A program made the translations under genes and the position numbers. From an uncultured Clostridia bacterium (GTDB lineage: Bacteria > Bacillota > Clostridia > Oscillospirales > QAMX01), in NCBI GenBank assembly GCA_944376195.1, contig CALWBW010000004.1, positions 14,313 to 78,312 on the forward strand: a stretch of 64,000 nucleotides of DNA, in the 5' to 3' direction. The notes beneath the pieces were generated by a model. It was not told the DNA's origin. It was given only the letters and a program-made list of their open reading frames with translations, and searched no databases. This document shows, one piece after another, positions 38,235-48,942 of this stretch; position 1 is the stretch's first letter; every line of letters begins with the position of its first letter.

Positions 38235-40331
38235 TTATTTGACGCTGAACAGCAGTTCCCCGTAAGTCGGGTAGGGCCAATATTTTGAGGATGTCATCAC
38301 CTCAGATTCGTCTACCACCGCACGCAGTTCATTCATGGCGGTGAAGACGCGATCCTTATAATAAACAGCCTCGTCTAAAATATCCGTAACAGATTTGACA
38401 CCGATCAACGCGCTGTCCAGTGCCTCAATTTTCTCAGCGATGCAGGCAGTCAGCCCGGAGAGCTGGTTGACGGTCTTTTCTTCAAAAGAGCAATCAGCAG
38501 CAGCGAGGAAATTGCGTTTTGCCAAAGCAGATTCGCAAAGTTCCTTTACATAAGCCGTAATGGCAGGAAGGATGTCACGTTTTGCCATATCGAGCATCGT
38601 AAGCGCTTCAATATGGATTACCTTGCTATAGTTCTCCAACAAAATTTCATACCGGGACCGCATTTCACTCTCCGTGAAAACGCCGTGGCGGGAGAAAAGC
38701 TTAATGTTTTTCTCATGCAGGAAATACGGCAGACAATCCGTAGTGGAACGCAAATTCAAAAGGCCGCGGCCTTCGGTCAGTTCCCGGATATTATTTTCGT
38801 CATAACCATTCCCGTTGAAAATAATGCGTTTATGCTTGCGAATGGTATCACGGATCAGATCATGCAGCGTCGAGGTGAAACAATCGGCCTGTTCCAGTAC
38901 ATCCGCAAATTCACGCAGCGACTCCGCAACAGCCGTATTGAGAACGATATTCGGCCCGGCAACGGAAGCGGAAGAACCCAGGCTTCGGAACTCAAACTTA
39001 TTGCCGGTGAAAGCAAAGGCAGAAGTACGGTTTCGATCCGTAGTATCCTTCGGAAAACGCGGTAACACATGCACGCCAATCTTCATTTGTACCTTTTCCG
39101 GCGCATCATATGAGGCATCGTTTTCAATCGCTTTTAATATATCATTCAGTTCATCGCCCAAGAATATGGAGATGATAGCAGGAGGCGCTTCATTTGCGCC
39201 AAGACGATGGTCGTTTCCGGCAGACGCAACGGAAATACGCAACAAATCCTGATATTCATCCACCGCCTTGATAACTGCACACAGGAACAACAAAAACTGT
39301 GCGTTTTCATGCGGCGTATCGCCCGGTTCCAGGAGATTCACGCCGGAACCCGTAGAAATAGACCAGTTATTATGCTTGCCGCTGCCATTCACGCCCGCGA
39401 ACGGTTTCTCATGAAGCAGGCACACCAGCCCATGGCGCTGCGCAATTTTCTTCATCACTTCCATTGTCAACTGGTTATGGTCCGTCGCAATATTCGTCGT
39501 AGTAAAAATCGGAGCCAGTTCATGCTGGGCAGGCGCCACCTCATTGTGCTTGGTTTTTGCATAAATGCCAAGCTTCCAGAGTTCCTCATCCAAGTCCCGC
39601 ATAAAAGCTGCCACACGCGGCTTTAAGCTGCCGAAATAATGATCGTCCAGTTCCTGGCCTTTCGGCGGCTTCGCACCGAATAACGTACGTCCGGTATAGA
39701 TCAGATCCGGCCTCTTGTCATACACCTCTTTATCAATCAGGAAGTATTCCTGTTCGGGGCCAACCGTTGTTTTGACGGAATGAACCTCCGTATTGCCAAA
39801 CAACTTTAAAATCCGCATGGCCTGACGGTTGATTGCCTCCATGGAACGCAAAAGAGGCGTTTTTTTGTCCAGTGCCTCTCCTCCATAGGAACAAAACGCC
39901 GTCGGAATGCAAAGCGTACCATCTTTAATAAACGCATAAGACGTGGGGTCCCAGGCGGTATAGCCTCGCGCCTCAAAGGTGGCGCGCAAACCGCCAGAGG
40001 GGAAACTGGACGCATCCGGTTCCCCGCGAACCAGCTCTTTTCCGGAGAACTCCATAATGACATTCCCGTCATCCGTCGGGGAAATAAAGCTGTCGTGCTT
40101 TTCCGCAGTAATCCCGGTCATAGGCTGGAACCAGTGCGTGAAATGTGTCGCTCCATTTTCCACTGCCCAGTCTTTCATCGCATTGGCAACCACGTTCGCA
40201 ACGTTTATATCGAGCCGCTTTCCAATTTGTGCGGCCGTTTTCATAGCTTTATAAGTTTCCTTCGGCAGGCGCGCTTTCATCGTTGTGTCGTTAAACACCA
40301 GGCACCCAAAAATTTCAGGAACGTTTGTCAT
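38235..40331 (-). CDS. glnA: Glutamine synthetase type III
   Basis: HWFQP, GEPDASSFP, HNEVAPAQHE, NGSGKHNNW, RLGANEAPP, DRNRTS; 698 aa. Confidence 0.95.
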   Translation of the reverse strand: MTNVPEIFGCLVFNDTTMKARLPKETYKAMKTAAQIGKRLDINVANVVANAMKDWAVENGATHFTHWFQPMTGITAEKHDSFISPTDDGNVIMEFSGKELVRGEPDASSFPSGGLRATFEARGYTAWDPTSYAFIKDGTLCIPTAFCSYGGEALDKKTPLLRSMEAINRQAMRILKLFGNTEVHSVKTTVGPEQEYFLIDKEVYDKRPDLIYTGRTLFGAKPPKGQELDDHYFGSLKPRVAAFMRDLDEELWKLGIYAKTKHNEVAPAQHELAPIFTTTNIATDHNQLTMEVMKKIAQRHGLVCLLHEKPFAGVNGSGKHNNWSISTGSGVNLLEPGDTPHENAQFLLFLCAVIKAVDEYQDLLRISVASAGNDHRLGANEAPPAIISIFLGDELNDILKAIENDASYDAPEKVQMKIGVHVLPRFPKDTTDRNRTSAFAFTGNKFEFRSLGSSASVAGPNIVLNTAVAESLREFADVLEQADCFTSTLHDLIRDTIRKHKRIIFNGNGYDENNIRELTEGRGLLNLRSTTDCLPYFLHEKNIKLFSRHGVFTESEMRSRYEILLENYSKVIHIEALTMLDMAKRDILPAITAYVKELCESALAKRNFLAAADCSFEEKTVNQLSGLTACIAEKIEALDSALIGVKSVTDILDEAVYYKDRVFTAMNELRAVVDESEVMTSSKYWPYPTYGELLFSVK

Positions 40332-40349
40332 GGATCTCCCTCCGAATTC

Positions 40350-40440
40350 AAATAAAAAATAAAGGCGCTGCAGCTTTTCCGCTGCGGCGCCTTTGCCGTA
40401 TCCATGTATGCATTATAATCGCAAAAAAGCCGAATGTCAA
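40350..40440 (-). promoter_or_regulatory. Consensus sigmaA promoter and leader terminator with an ANTAR-like hairpin
   Basis: TTGACA-17-TATAAT; CGGC-AAAGGC-GCCG hairpin overlaps the terminator AAAGGCGCcGCAGC/GCTGCaGCGCCTTT-ATTTTTT. Confidence 0.7.
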
Positions 40441-40523
40441 GCAGGTACCCATGCAAAAAATCACCAACATTTTGGCCTATACGCCCCATCCTGTTGGGCG
40501 CAACTGACAGGAACCCGAAAATT

Positions 40524-42119
40524 TCACGCAGTTGCCTGCAAAACAGCCTGGGCAACACGAATTCCATCTACAGCGGCAGACAGGATGCCGCCGGCATAGC
40601 CGGCCCCCTCCCCGCAGGGAAAGACGCCGCGCAGATTAGATTGCAGATCTTCACCGCGCACAATCCGTACCGGGGAGGAAGACCGGGTTTCTACGCCCGT
40701 CAAAACCGCATCCGGCAGCGCAAAACCGCGCAGCCTGGCGTCGAAGATCGGGACGGCCTCCCGCATGGCGCGCGTAGCAAACGCAGGCAACACCGACGCA
40801 AGGTCACAGAAACGCACGCCCAACGGATATGTGGGCAAAACCGAACCGGCGGCAGAAGACGGCACGCCCTGCAAAAAATCGCCCAAAAGCTGGGCAGGAG
40901 CCGTAAAATTCCGTCCGCCGGCGGCATAAGCCGCCTCTTCATAGCATTTTTGAACCGTCACGCCCGCAAGCGGATGGTCGCTGCCAAAATCCTCGGGCGT
41001 CACGTTTACCAGCAGCGCGCTGTTGGCGTTTTCTCCGTCACGCGCAAAACGGCTCATGCCGTTTGTGACAACGCCGCCCGCTTCGCTTGCCGCGGCGACT
41101 ACTTCACCTCCTGGGCACATACAAAACGTGTAGACAGAACGTCCATCCGGCAGATGGCAGGCAAGCTTATAATCCGCCGCGCCCAGCGCCGGGACAACCG
41201 GACTGCCGTACTGGGCGGTATTGATCAGGCGCTGCGGGTGCTCCACACGGACGCCAAGAGAAAAAGGCTTTTGCGTAAGCTCGGCGCCATACCGGTAGAG
41301 CAATGTAAAAACATCGCGGGCGCTGTGGCCCGCCGCAAGGATCAGGGCATCCGTCTCAAGTTCCATGCGCGTTCCTCCGGCGTCCGCGACCACGCCGCGC
41401 AGCGTCCCGTCCGCCAGCAAAAGGTCCGAAAGCCGCGTTTGAAACCGTACCTCGCCGCCTGCACGCTGAATTCGCGCGCGGATATTTTTAATCACGGCCG
41501 GCAACAGATCCGTTCCGATATGCGGTTTGGCCTGCCAGAGGATTTCCTCCGGCGCACCCGCCTCGGCAAACACCTCCAGCACATGCGCGCAGCGCGGATC
41601 ATGAATATTCGTCGTGAGTTTTCCGTCCGAAAACGTCCCCGCTCCGCCTTCTCCAAACTGGATATTGGAATCCGGGTCCAGAATCCGGGCCGACTGAAAA
41701 CGCTCAACAGCCGCCACACGCGCATCCGCGTCGCAACCGCGTTCCAGCACAACCGGCGCCGCGCCCGCCTCAGCAAGCGTCAGTGCAGCAAAAATCCCCG
41801 CCGGGCCAAACCCGCAAATCACCGGCCGTTTGGACGGCGGTGTCCGGAGCCCAGGCACCGTCAGCGGTGCAGGCGGGACATAAAGCAAGGCATCCGGGCA
41901 TTTTGCGCGGCGCAGGACCGCGTTTTCGTCCCCCTTTACGGTAACTGCTACCGTCAGGACAAAGAAAAGCGCCGGTTTTTTCCGTGCATCCACCGAACGC
42001 TTGAGCATCCGATAGCCGGTCACACGTTCCGGCGGGAGCTTCAGCCGCCGCGCGGCGGCGGCAAGAATTTCCGCAGAACCCCCGATGACAGGGATTTTCA
42101 GGTTCCGCAATTCAATCAT
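40524..42119 (-). CDS. Uncharacterised FAD-dependent oxidoreductase
   Basis: GFGPAG, GEGGAGTFSDGKL, FCMCPGG, GEGAGYAGGI. Confidence 0.88.
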   Translation of the reverse strand: MIELRNLKIPVIGGSAEILAAAARRLKLPPERVTGYRMLKRSVDARKKPALFFVLTVAVTVKGDENAVLRRAKCPDALLYVPPAPLTVPGLRTPPSKRPVICGFGPAGIFAALTLAEAGAAPVVLERGCDADARVAAVERFQSARILDPDSNIQFGEGGAGTFSDGKLTTNIHDPRCAHVLEVFAEAGAPEEILWQAKPHIGTDLLPAVIKNIRARIQRAGGEVRFQTRLSDLLLADGTLRGVVADAGGTRMELETDALILAAGHSARDVFTLLYRYGAELTQKPFSLGVRVEHPQRLINTAQYGSPVVPALGAADYKLACHLPDGRSVYTFCMCPGGEVVAAASEAGGVVTNGMSRFARDGENANSALLVNVTPEDFGSDHPLAGVTVQKCYEEAAYAAGGRNFTAPAQLLGDFLQGVPSSAAGSVLPTYPLGVRFCDLASVLPAFATRAMREAVPIFDARLRGFALPDAVLTGVETRSSSPVRIVRGEDLQSNLRGVFPCGEGAGYAGGILSAAVDGIRVAQAVLQATA

Positions 42120-43252
42120 ATCCGGCCTCCCGAAGCGCTATGCGCAGCTAAAATCCCAGAGGCAAACGCCCAATGCAGATTATATCCGCCACACGCGCCG
42201 TCAATATCCAGTGTTTCTCCTGCCGCGTACAGGGTCGGAATGCGCACAGAACGCAGGGTCGCGGAATCAAATTCCGAAAGCACCGCGCCGCCGCGCGTGA
42301 CCTGCGCCTGTTTCCGATCTCCGCAACCCTTTACTTCCAGACAAAGGCCTTTCAGCGTCCGGGCGAGCCGTTCCACCCTGCCTCCCGCCGCACGACAAAG
42401 CGCCGCATTGACTCGGCTGTGGAACATTCCGGTCAAAAGTGCCTCGCCTAAGCGCGCAGGATGTGCCGCCGTTCGTTCGGCAAGTAATTCTTCCAATTTT
42501 CCAAGCGGGATATCCGGCAAAAAATCAAGGGAAAGGAGGTCCCCCGGCTGTGCGTGCCGGGAGAGATCGAAAATAACGATTCCACTCACGCCGTAATCGC
42601 GGAAAAGCAACTCTCCGCGCTGTGTTACGAGTGCCTGTCCGCCGCGCCGCAGTGTGACCGCACACTTGGCGCGCAGACCGGAAAGGCCCCGTATCGGCGT
42701 GGTATCGGTCGCAAGTGGGCATAAAATTGGAGAAAACGGCGTCAGGCGATGGCCGACACTTTGCAGCAGTGCCGTACCGCCGCCGGTTGTGACAATCACT
42801 GCATCACCATGCACCGTGCGTCCATCCGCCGCGCAAACCGTCCCATTCGGTAAAAGGCGCGCAGCCTCAAAACCGCACAGTATCCGCACGCCATACTCCT
42901 CACAGGAAAGGCGCAGTACGTCGAGCACGCTGGACGCCGCGTCGCTCACCGGGTATATGCGCCCTTCCGCGTCCGCGTAAGTCAAAAGGCCCAGCGATGC
43001 AAAAAAGTTTCGAAGCGCCTCACACCCCATGCGGGAAAGTGCCGGCCTTACAAAGTCCGGAGCATTATAGGCGCGGGGCGCAACCGCCGTATTCGACAGG
43101 TTACAGCGGCCGTTTCCCGTTTGCAGAATTTTCTTTCCCACACGATCGGCGCGTTCCAGCAAAGTAACCTGCGCACCCAACCGGGCTGCGGTCACAGCGG
43201 CGGCCAGACCGGCAGCGCCGCCGCCTGCAATGACAATTTGTCGTCCTGACAT
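42116..43252 (-). CDS. HI0933/BaiN-family flavoprotein
   Basis: GGGAAG, TGNGRCNLSN, AQVTRGG, GGYNLHWA. Confidence 0.9.
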   Translation of the reverse strand: MSGRQIVIAGGGAAGLAAAVTAARLGAQVTLLERADRVGKKILQTGNGRCNLSNTAVAPRAYNAPDFVRPALSRMGCEALRNFFASLGLLTYADAEGRIYPVSDAASSVLDVLRLSCEEYGVRILCGFEAARLLPNGTVCAADGRTVHGDAVIVTTGGGTALLQSVGHRLTPFSPILCPLATDTTPIRGLSGLRAKCAVTLRRGGQALVTQRGELLFRDYGVSGIVIFDLSRHAQPGDLLSLDFLPDIPLGKLEELLAERTAAHPARLGEALLTGMFHSRVNAALCRAAGGRVERLARTLKGLCLEVKGCGDRKQAQVTRGGAVLSEFDSATLRSVRIPTLYAAGETLDIDGACGGYNLHWAFASGILAAHSASGGRI

Positions 43253-43368
43253 ACAAAACCTCTCATCCTTCAGATAGGGTTATTGTATCACAGCAGGCGG
43301 CGTTTCGCTACCGTTTTCCACACGACTCCTCGAATCTGCGAAAATCGACTTCCCGCGCTATGTTTCGT

Positions 43369-43845
43369 CTAATTGAGCAGTGCAATTCCCAGGTTCAGAT
43401 AACCGGCAAAAGTAACCCACAAAAGATAGGGAATCAGTAGATAGCCGGCCGGACGTGAAATACGGACAAACTGCACAAGCGTAATCAAAATCAGCACCCA
43501 CAACAAAACCAGCCAGGCAAAAGCAAACAGATAGGCTTCCATCCGGAAGAAAAAAATAGACCAGAAAAAATTTACGGCAAGCTGTACGCCATAAACCGTC
43601 AAAGCACTGCGAATCACCCGACGGTCTTCTCCGGATTCCAGGACGAGGCACGATGCAATTCCCATGAGCAGGAATAACAACGTCCAGATAACCGGAAAGA
43701 TCCATCCCGGCGGCGATAGCGGCGGTTTCTCCAGACTTTGAAAAGCTTCCATACTGTTCCGCGTCAGCAAAGCGGAAAGCCCGCCGACGGCAAGTGGAAT
43801 TGCGACGCAAAGTAAACGTTGTTTCCAGTTATGACTCAATTTCAT
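43369..43845 (-). CDS. tspO: TspO/MBR family membrane protein
   Basis: KPPLSPPGWIFPVIW, QLAVNFFWS, PYLLWVTFA. Confidence 0.9.
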   Translation of the reverse strand: MKLSHNWKQRLLCVAIPLAVGGLSALLTRNSMEAFQSLEKPPLSPPGWIFPVIWTLLFLLMGIASCLVLESGEDRRVIRSALTVYGVQLAVNFFWSIFFFRMEAYLFAFAWLVLLWVLILITLVQFVRISRPAGYLLIPYLLWVTFAGYLNLGIALLN

Positions 43846-44026
43846 CACCTCTTTTCGTACCATATACGCCTTATCGCATTTTTATGCCTGTCTTCTTAAA
43901 AAACAGAAAAATTTCGGCGGTACGGCGCAGTCAAAAAAGAAGTTTTGCAATCCGCTGGGAGAATTGAAAAAAATGTGTTATAATACCTGTAAATACGCAG
44001 CAGCGTTAACACACAGGAGGTGTGCC

Positions 44027-45811
44027 ATGGCACTGAAACACAGAACAGAAATGGATCCCCGGTACATGTGGGATATTTCGCATATCTTCTCTACGCGCGA
44101 GGCATGGGAAGACGCCTATCAAAAGGCGGAAGCGCTCGTTGATCGCATACCGGCCGTTGCGGGTACGCTCGGTAAATCAGCGGACAGCCTGTTGGCGGGC
44201 CTCAACACGATTACCGATGCGTCGCGCGCAGTCGAGCTGGTATATCTCTACGCATCGCTCAACAAATCCGCCGATCAGGGCGACGCGGATGCCCAATCTT
44301 TAGAAGCACGCGCGACCACATTGTATGTCAAGCTCAGCACGGCGACGTCTTTCGTCGACCCCGAAATCCTCGCCATACCAGAAGACACCTTGCAGAGCTA
44401 TCTGGCCGATCCCAGCCTTTCTGTATACCGTCAATACCTGCGCAATACGGCGCGTTCCCGCCCTCATACGCTGGACGCGGAACGGGAGCGTATGCTTGCC
44501 ATGCTGGGCGACGCGGCGCAGTCCCCGTCCAACAGCTTTGATATGTTCGAGGCGGTTGACATCACATTCCCGGATATCACGGATGAAAACGGCAATAAAA
44601 CTGCCCTTACGCATGGGACGTTCGGCGTCTTCCGTGAAAGCCCGGATCCCCGCGTCCGCCGCGAAGCGTTTGAAACCTACTTCGGCGCCTTCCGGAAATT
44701 CCAAAATACGCTGGCCGCCATGTACGCGGGATCTGTCAAATTTGACTGTTATTACGCAAACGTACGCGGATTTGACAGCGCGCTCTCCCACGCGCTCTTC
44801 GGCGGCAACGTCCCCACCACCGTCTATGACGCTCTGGTGGAAGCGATCCACGGCGGCCTTCCGATTATGCGGCGCTATCTGGACCTTCGGCGCCGCGTAC
44901 TGGGGCTGGAGGAACTTCATCTTTACGACCTTTACACCCCCATGGTAGAAGGAATCGATTTTCAGATGCCCTATGAAGAAGCGCAGTCTCTGGTGAAAAA
45001 AGCCCTGGCTCCGCTCGGAAAAGATTACGCAGCCCTTTTAGACCAAGCCTTCCAGGGAAAATGGATCGACGTCTATGAAAACCACGGAAAAACAACCGGC
45101 GCCTTCTCCTGTGGGGTGTATGGCGTCCATCCGTATGTTCTTTTGAATTATACCAATACGCTCGACGACGCGTTTACCCTGGCGCATGAACTTGGGCACG
45201 CCATGCATTCCTATCTTTCCGATCAGACTCAAGATTATGTCAACCATGATTATCAGATCATGGTGGCAGAGGTCGCCTCGACTGTCAATGAGGTGCTTTT
45301 GACCAAATATCTCCTCTCGGTCGAAACCGACCCGAAACGCCGTGCCTATATTTTGAACCATTTCCTGGAGGGGTTCCGTACCACGGTATTCCGTCAAACG
45401 CTTTTTGCAGAGTTTGAACGCCGTGCGCACGACATGTATCAGGCAGGGCAGCCGCTGACGGCGCAGAGTCTCTCCGCCGAGTACCACGCCTTAAACGATC
45501 TCTATTATGCAGGCGCGGTCAATGACGAAATCGTCGACATCGAGTGGGCGCGCATTCCGCACTTTTATCGGGCGTTTTATGTCTACCAATATGCGACGGG
45601 CTTCTGCAGTGCGGTGGCCATCGCCAACAACATCCTGACAACGGGCGATGCCAGCCGGTATCTGCAGTTCCTGACAACGGGCGGCAGCGATTATCCGCTC
45701 GAAGAACTCAAAATTGCGGGCGTGGACCTGACAAAACCCGACACCGTAAAAAGTGCGCTCCGTGTCTTCGCGGAAACGCTGGACGAATTGGAAAAAGTCT
45801 TGAATTCATAA
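44027..45811 (+). CDS. pepF: Oligoendopeptidase F
   Basis: HELGH zinc motif, AEVAS, FRQTLFAEFE, WARIPHFY; AGGAGG SD. Confidence 0.94.
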   Translation: MALKHRTEMDPRYMWDISHIFSTREAWEDAYQKAEALVDRIPAVAGTLGKSADSLLAGLNTITDASRAVELVYLYASLNKSADQGDADAQSLEARATTLYVKLSTATSFVDPEILAIPEDTLQSYLADPSLSVYRQYLRNTARSRPHTLDAERERMLAMLGDAAQSPSNSFDMFEAVDITFPDITDENGNKTALTHGTFGVFRESPDPRVRREAFETYFGAFRKFQNTLAAMYAGSVKFDCYYANVRGFDSALSHALFGGNVPTTVYDALVEAIHGGLPIMRRYLDLRRRVLGLEELHLYDLYTPMVEGIDFQMPYEEAQSLVKKALAPLGKDYAALLDQAFQGKWIDVYENHGKTTGAFSCGVYGVHPYVLLNYTNTLDDAFTLAHELGHAMHSYLSDQTQDYVNHDYQIMVAEVASTVNEVLLTKYLLSVETDPKRRAYILNHFLEGFRTTVFRQTLFAEFERRAHDMYQAGQPLTAQSLSAEYHALNDLYYAGAVNDEIVDIEWARIPHFYRAFYVYQYATGFCSAVAIANNILTTGDASRYLQFLTTGGSDYPLEELKIAGVDLTKPDTVKSALRVFAETLDELEKVLNS

Positions 45812-45816
45812 AAATG

Positions 45817-45852
45817 AGCAGGGCGGAAGAAAATTTCCGCCCTGCTTTTTTC
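45817..45852 (+). terminator. Terminator after pepF
   Basis: AGCAGGGCGGAA..TTCCGCCCTGCTTTTTT. Confidence 0.78.
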
Positions 45853-45999
45853 TCTGTTTCCCATGAGGAAACTTTACGAGAGTTTCTCTGATATTTCACT
45901 TTGCATGGAATAAAAGGGCAAAAATTGCTCTTTCTATTGACGAATTTCTGTGTATTCTGTATAATATTTATAATATGAATCTGGAAAGGATGGTCTAGT

Positions 46000-47166
46000 A
46001 TGGCTGGAAGAAAAGCAATGGATGAACTGCTCTCGAATTTTGTGAAAAAAGGTCCTGCCGGATGCGGCTGTATCGTCACAAAAGACGGCGAACGGATTTA
46101 TGAAAACTATTTCGGCATTGAAAATATCAACACGGGAAAGCCAATTGACGCCGATTCTATCTACCGCCTTTTTTCCATGACGAAAGTCATTATCTGCACC
46201 GCCGCGATGAAATTGTTTGAAGAGGGCAAGTTCCTTCTGAATGACCCGATCTATGAATATTTCCCGGAGTGGCGCAATACACAGAAAGTGGTCTATCATC
46301 CGAATGGCAATTATGATATCGTCCCGGTTGAAAAACCCATTCTCGTAAAGCATGCATTCTCCATGGCTATGGGAATCGGCTACGGCGGCAATGACGCTAC
46401 ACATCAAAAAGCCGCGGAAGTTCGCCGCCGCCTGCGTGAGGCAAAGGGGAAATATTACACCCTTCGCGAAGACATCGCCGCCATGAGCGAAGTCCCGATT
46501 GCCTTTGAGCCGGGCACCCATTTCCTCTATGGATTCGGCCATGAGATGGTCGCGGGCTTAATCGAGGTCTGCTCCGGTATGACGGTGGGCGAATATCTGA
46601 AAAAGAATATTTTTGAGCCGCTTGGCATGACGCGCACCGGTTACCGTTTCTTTGATGATATCACCGATCATCTGGTCACGCCGTGCCGCAGAGAGCCGGA
46701 TGGTTCCCTTGTCCAGGTTCCGGCGATGATGGACGAAAATATGCAGCCCGATGCCACCTATGAAGCGGGCGGCGCCGGACTTTTCTCCACGGTGAGCGAC
46801 TATTCCAAATTTGTCGTGGCGCTGGCAAACGGCGGAATTATGCCGAACGGCGAACAGCTCATCGGCCGCAAAACCATTGACTTGCTGCGCGACAATCAGT
46901 TCAATCCCGATCAATTGAAAGAACTCCGCAACTTCTATAACGCCGGTTACGGTTATGGCCTTGGCGTACGTACGATGATGGGCCGTGCGCTGGGAAACTC
47001 CAACGGCACACCCGGTGAGTTCGGTTGGACCGGCGCAATGGGCACGTATACGCTCATTGATCCGGAAGAGAATTTCACCACCACATACATGCATCAGATG
47101 ATGCCGAATATGGAAGAATATCATCACCTGCGTGTGCGTGCCGTGGCATACGGAATGCTGCGCTAA
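46000..47166 (+). CDS. Serine hydrolase (beta-lactamase/class C esterase-like)
   Basis: FSMTK (SxxK), FEPGTHFLYG, IFEPLGM, GWTG; no signal peptide. Confidence 0.85.
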   Translation: MAGRKAMDELLSNFVKKGPAGCGCIVTKDGERIYENYFGIENINTGKPIDADSIYRLFSMTKVIICTAAMKLFEEGKFLLNDPIYEYFPEWRNTQKVVYHPNGNYDIVPVEKPILVKHAFSMAMGIGYGGNDATHQKAAEVRRRLREAKGKYYTLREDIAAMSEVPIAFEPGTHFLYGFGHEMVAGLIEVCSGMTVGEYLKKNIFEPLGMTRTGYRFFDDITDHLVTPCRREPDGSLVQVPAMMDENMQPDATYEAGGAGLFSTVSDYSKFVVALANGGIMPNGEQLIGRKTIDLLRDNQFNPDQLKELRNFYNAGYGYGLGVRTMMGRALGNSNGTPGEFGWTGAMGTYTLIDPEENFTTTYMHQMMPNMEEYHHLRVRAVAYGMLR

Positions 47167-47274
47167 AAAATACAAATTGCCGCCTGGATCCCCTTCTTCC
47201 CAGGCGGCAATGCCTTTTGAAAAAACGGCACGTCTTGGAAAGCAAGACGCGCCGTTTCTGTGTAAGGCGAAAAT

Positions 47275-47655
47275 TTACTTGATCTCGACAGAAGCGCCGG
47301 CTTCTTCGAGTTTCTTCTTGATCTCTTCGGCATCTTCCTTGGAGACAGCTTCCTTGAGGGGCTTCGGGCAGTTGTCGACGAGTTCCTTTGCTTCCTTCAG
47401 GCCAAGACCGGTAACTTCGCGGACGACCTTGATGACGTTGATCTTGTTTGCGCCAAAGCTGGTCAGGATGGCGTCAAACTCGGTCTTCTCTTCAGCAGCA
47501 GCTGCGCCACCGGCAGCCGGAGCAGCGGAAACAGCGATTGCAGCAGCTGCGGAAACGCCGAATTCCTCTTCAATAGCCTTAACGAGCTCATTCAGCTCGA
47601 GGACTGTCATAGCTTTGATCTCTTCGATAAAGTTCGTGATTTTTTCGCTAGCCAT
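47275..47655 (-). CDS. rplL: 50S ribosomal protein L7/L12
   Basis: [37 protein letters not shown]. Confidence 0.97.
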   Translation of the reverse strand: MASEKITNFIEEIKAMTVLELNELVKAIEEEFGVSAAAAIAVSAAPAAGGAAAAEEKTEFDAILTSFGANKINVIKVVREVTGLGLKEAKELVDNCPKPLKEAVSKEDAEEIKKKLEEAGASVEIK

Positions 47656-47688
47656 TCGTAATTACCTCCAAATCTAGTAACGCTTTGA

Positions 47689-48222
47689 TTAAGCTTCAGC
47701 CGGGGCTTCCGCGTCGGCGGTACCCTCGGTATTCTTTTCGGCGAGTGCGTTCAGCGCAATGGCAAGGCTGCGCGGACCGTTGGTCAGGCAGTAAAGGAGC
47801 GTGGTCAACAGGCTCTCGCGAGACGGGATGCTGGCCAGTTCTTCTACTTCCGCTGCACTGATGACCTTTCCATCAACAAATCCGACTTTGATTGTAAACG
47901 CGCCGTTGGAATCCTTTGCATAATTGTAAAGGATCTTAGCAGCCGCAATCGGATCGGAAGGGCTGATGGCGATGGCCGTCGTGCCGTTTAAATGTTCGTC
48001 AATTTCAGAAAAACCAATCTGGTCGGCAGCCAGCTTCGTCAATGTATTCTTGACAACGCTGTACTCAACCCCGGCGTTTCTGAGATCTCGACGCAGTTTG
48101 GTATCGTTTGCCACGGTAATGCCCTTATAATCTACAAGGACGCCCGCGCTTGCGTTTTTCATTTTTTCGGCAAGCTGCGCCACGATCTCCTGTTTCTCCT
48201 TGAGAACTGCTGCGTTCGGCAA
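47689..48222 (-). CDS. rplJ: 50S ribosomal protein L10
   Basis: DYKGITV, LRRDLR, VVKNTL; TTG start with GGAGGTG SD. Confidence 0.95.
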   Translation of the reverse strand: MPNAAVLKEKQEIVAQLAEKMKNASAGVLVDYKGITVANDTKLRRDLRNAGVEYSVVKNTLTKLAADQIGFSEIDEHLNGTTAIAISPSDPIAAAKILYNYAKDSNGAFTIKVGFVDGKVISAAEVEELASIPSRESLLTTLLYCLTNGPRSLAIALNALAEKNTEGTADAEAPAEA

Positions 48223-48242
48223 ATCAGTCACCTCCTAGTGAA

Positions 48243-48400
48243 ATAAAAAAACCTTTTGTCCATGGGCATCCAAAGACAAAAGGGTAAAGGCAAACCTGTC
48301 AATTCATTGGGTCAGCGCCCTCCTCGGTACGGCGGCATCCAAGCCTGTTTCAGAAAAACAAAGTTTTTCCCGTACTGTCTTCGGAAAACTCATCGCTGTA
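48243..48400 (-). promoter_or_regulatory. L10 leader (attenuator) of rplJL
   Basis: CCGAAGACAGTACG...CCGTACCGAGG core, followed by the terminator CCTTTTGTC/GACAAAAGG-TTTTTT; TTGACA-16-TATAAT promoter at 48461-48434. Confidence 0.8.
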
Positions 48401-48779
48401 TTGGGATATAAACATCCTCACACAACAAAAAGTATTATAACAGATTTTCCCCTTTTGTCAAGAATCTTTTTTTAATTCTTTTCGTTTTTTAGCTGTTTAT
48501 CGAAAAGTATAGATTTTTCCCGCTTACGTTGTGTACCTATACTGGTGAACCGGGCTCTCATGCGCGCCAAACGCGGAATGCTTCTTTTGTGCCCGGCGTT
48601 TTTTCAAAAAACGGCACAAAAGGCATCTCGAAATTAGAAAAAACAGAAGAATTTTAAAAAAACACTTGACCTTTACTCCTCGTTATGGTATAGTAACTAT
48701 ACCTGTCCGGGTTCTTTTTTTATGTTCAATTTTTTGGGCCCGCTTCAGGGAGGCTAAAAATACAGGAGGTGCCGTTTTT

Positions 48780-48929
48780 ATGCGTACAAAAATCACGCTT
48801 GCGTGTTCGGAGTGCAAGCAGCGCAACTACAATACGTTCAAAAACAAGAAAAACGATCCTGATCGTCTTGAAATGAACAAGTATTGCCGCTTCTGCAGAA
48901 AGCATACGCTTCACAGAGAATCCAGATAA
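48780..48929 (+). CDS. rpmG: 50S ribosomal protein L33 (Zn-ribbon form)
   Basis: [31 protein letters not shown]. Confidence 0.96.
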   Translation: MRTKITLACSECKQRNYNTFKNKKNDPDRLEMNKYCRFCRKHTLHRESR

Positions 48930-48942
48930 GGGAGCTGCGTTT

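Noticed and set aside
40434-42596. 720-aa plus-strand ORF
   Set aside because: Antisense shadow of two GC-rich flavoprotein genes; Arg-rich, no motifs, no SD.
46000-47166. Beta-lactam resistance gene
   Set aside because: SxxK is present, but there is no signal peptide and no KTG motif; a cytoplasmic esterase-like hydrolase is more likely.
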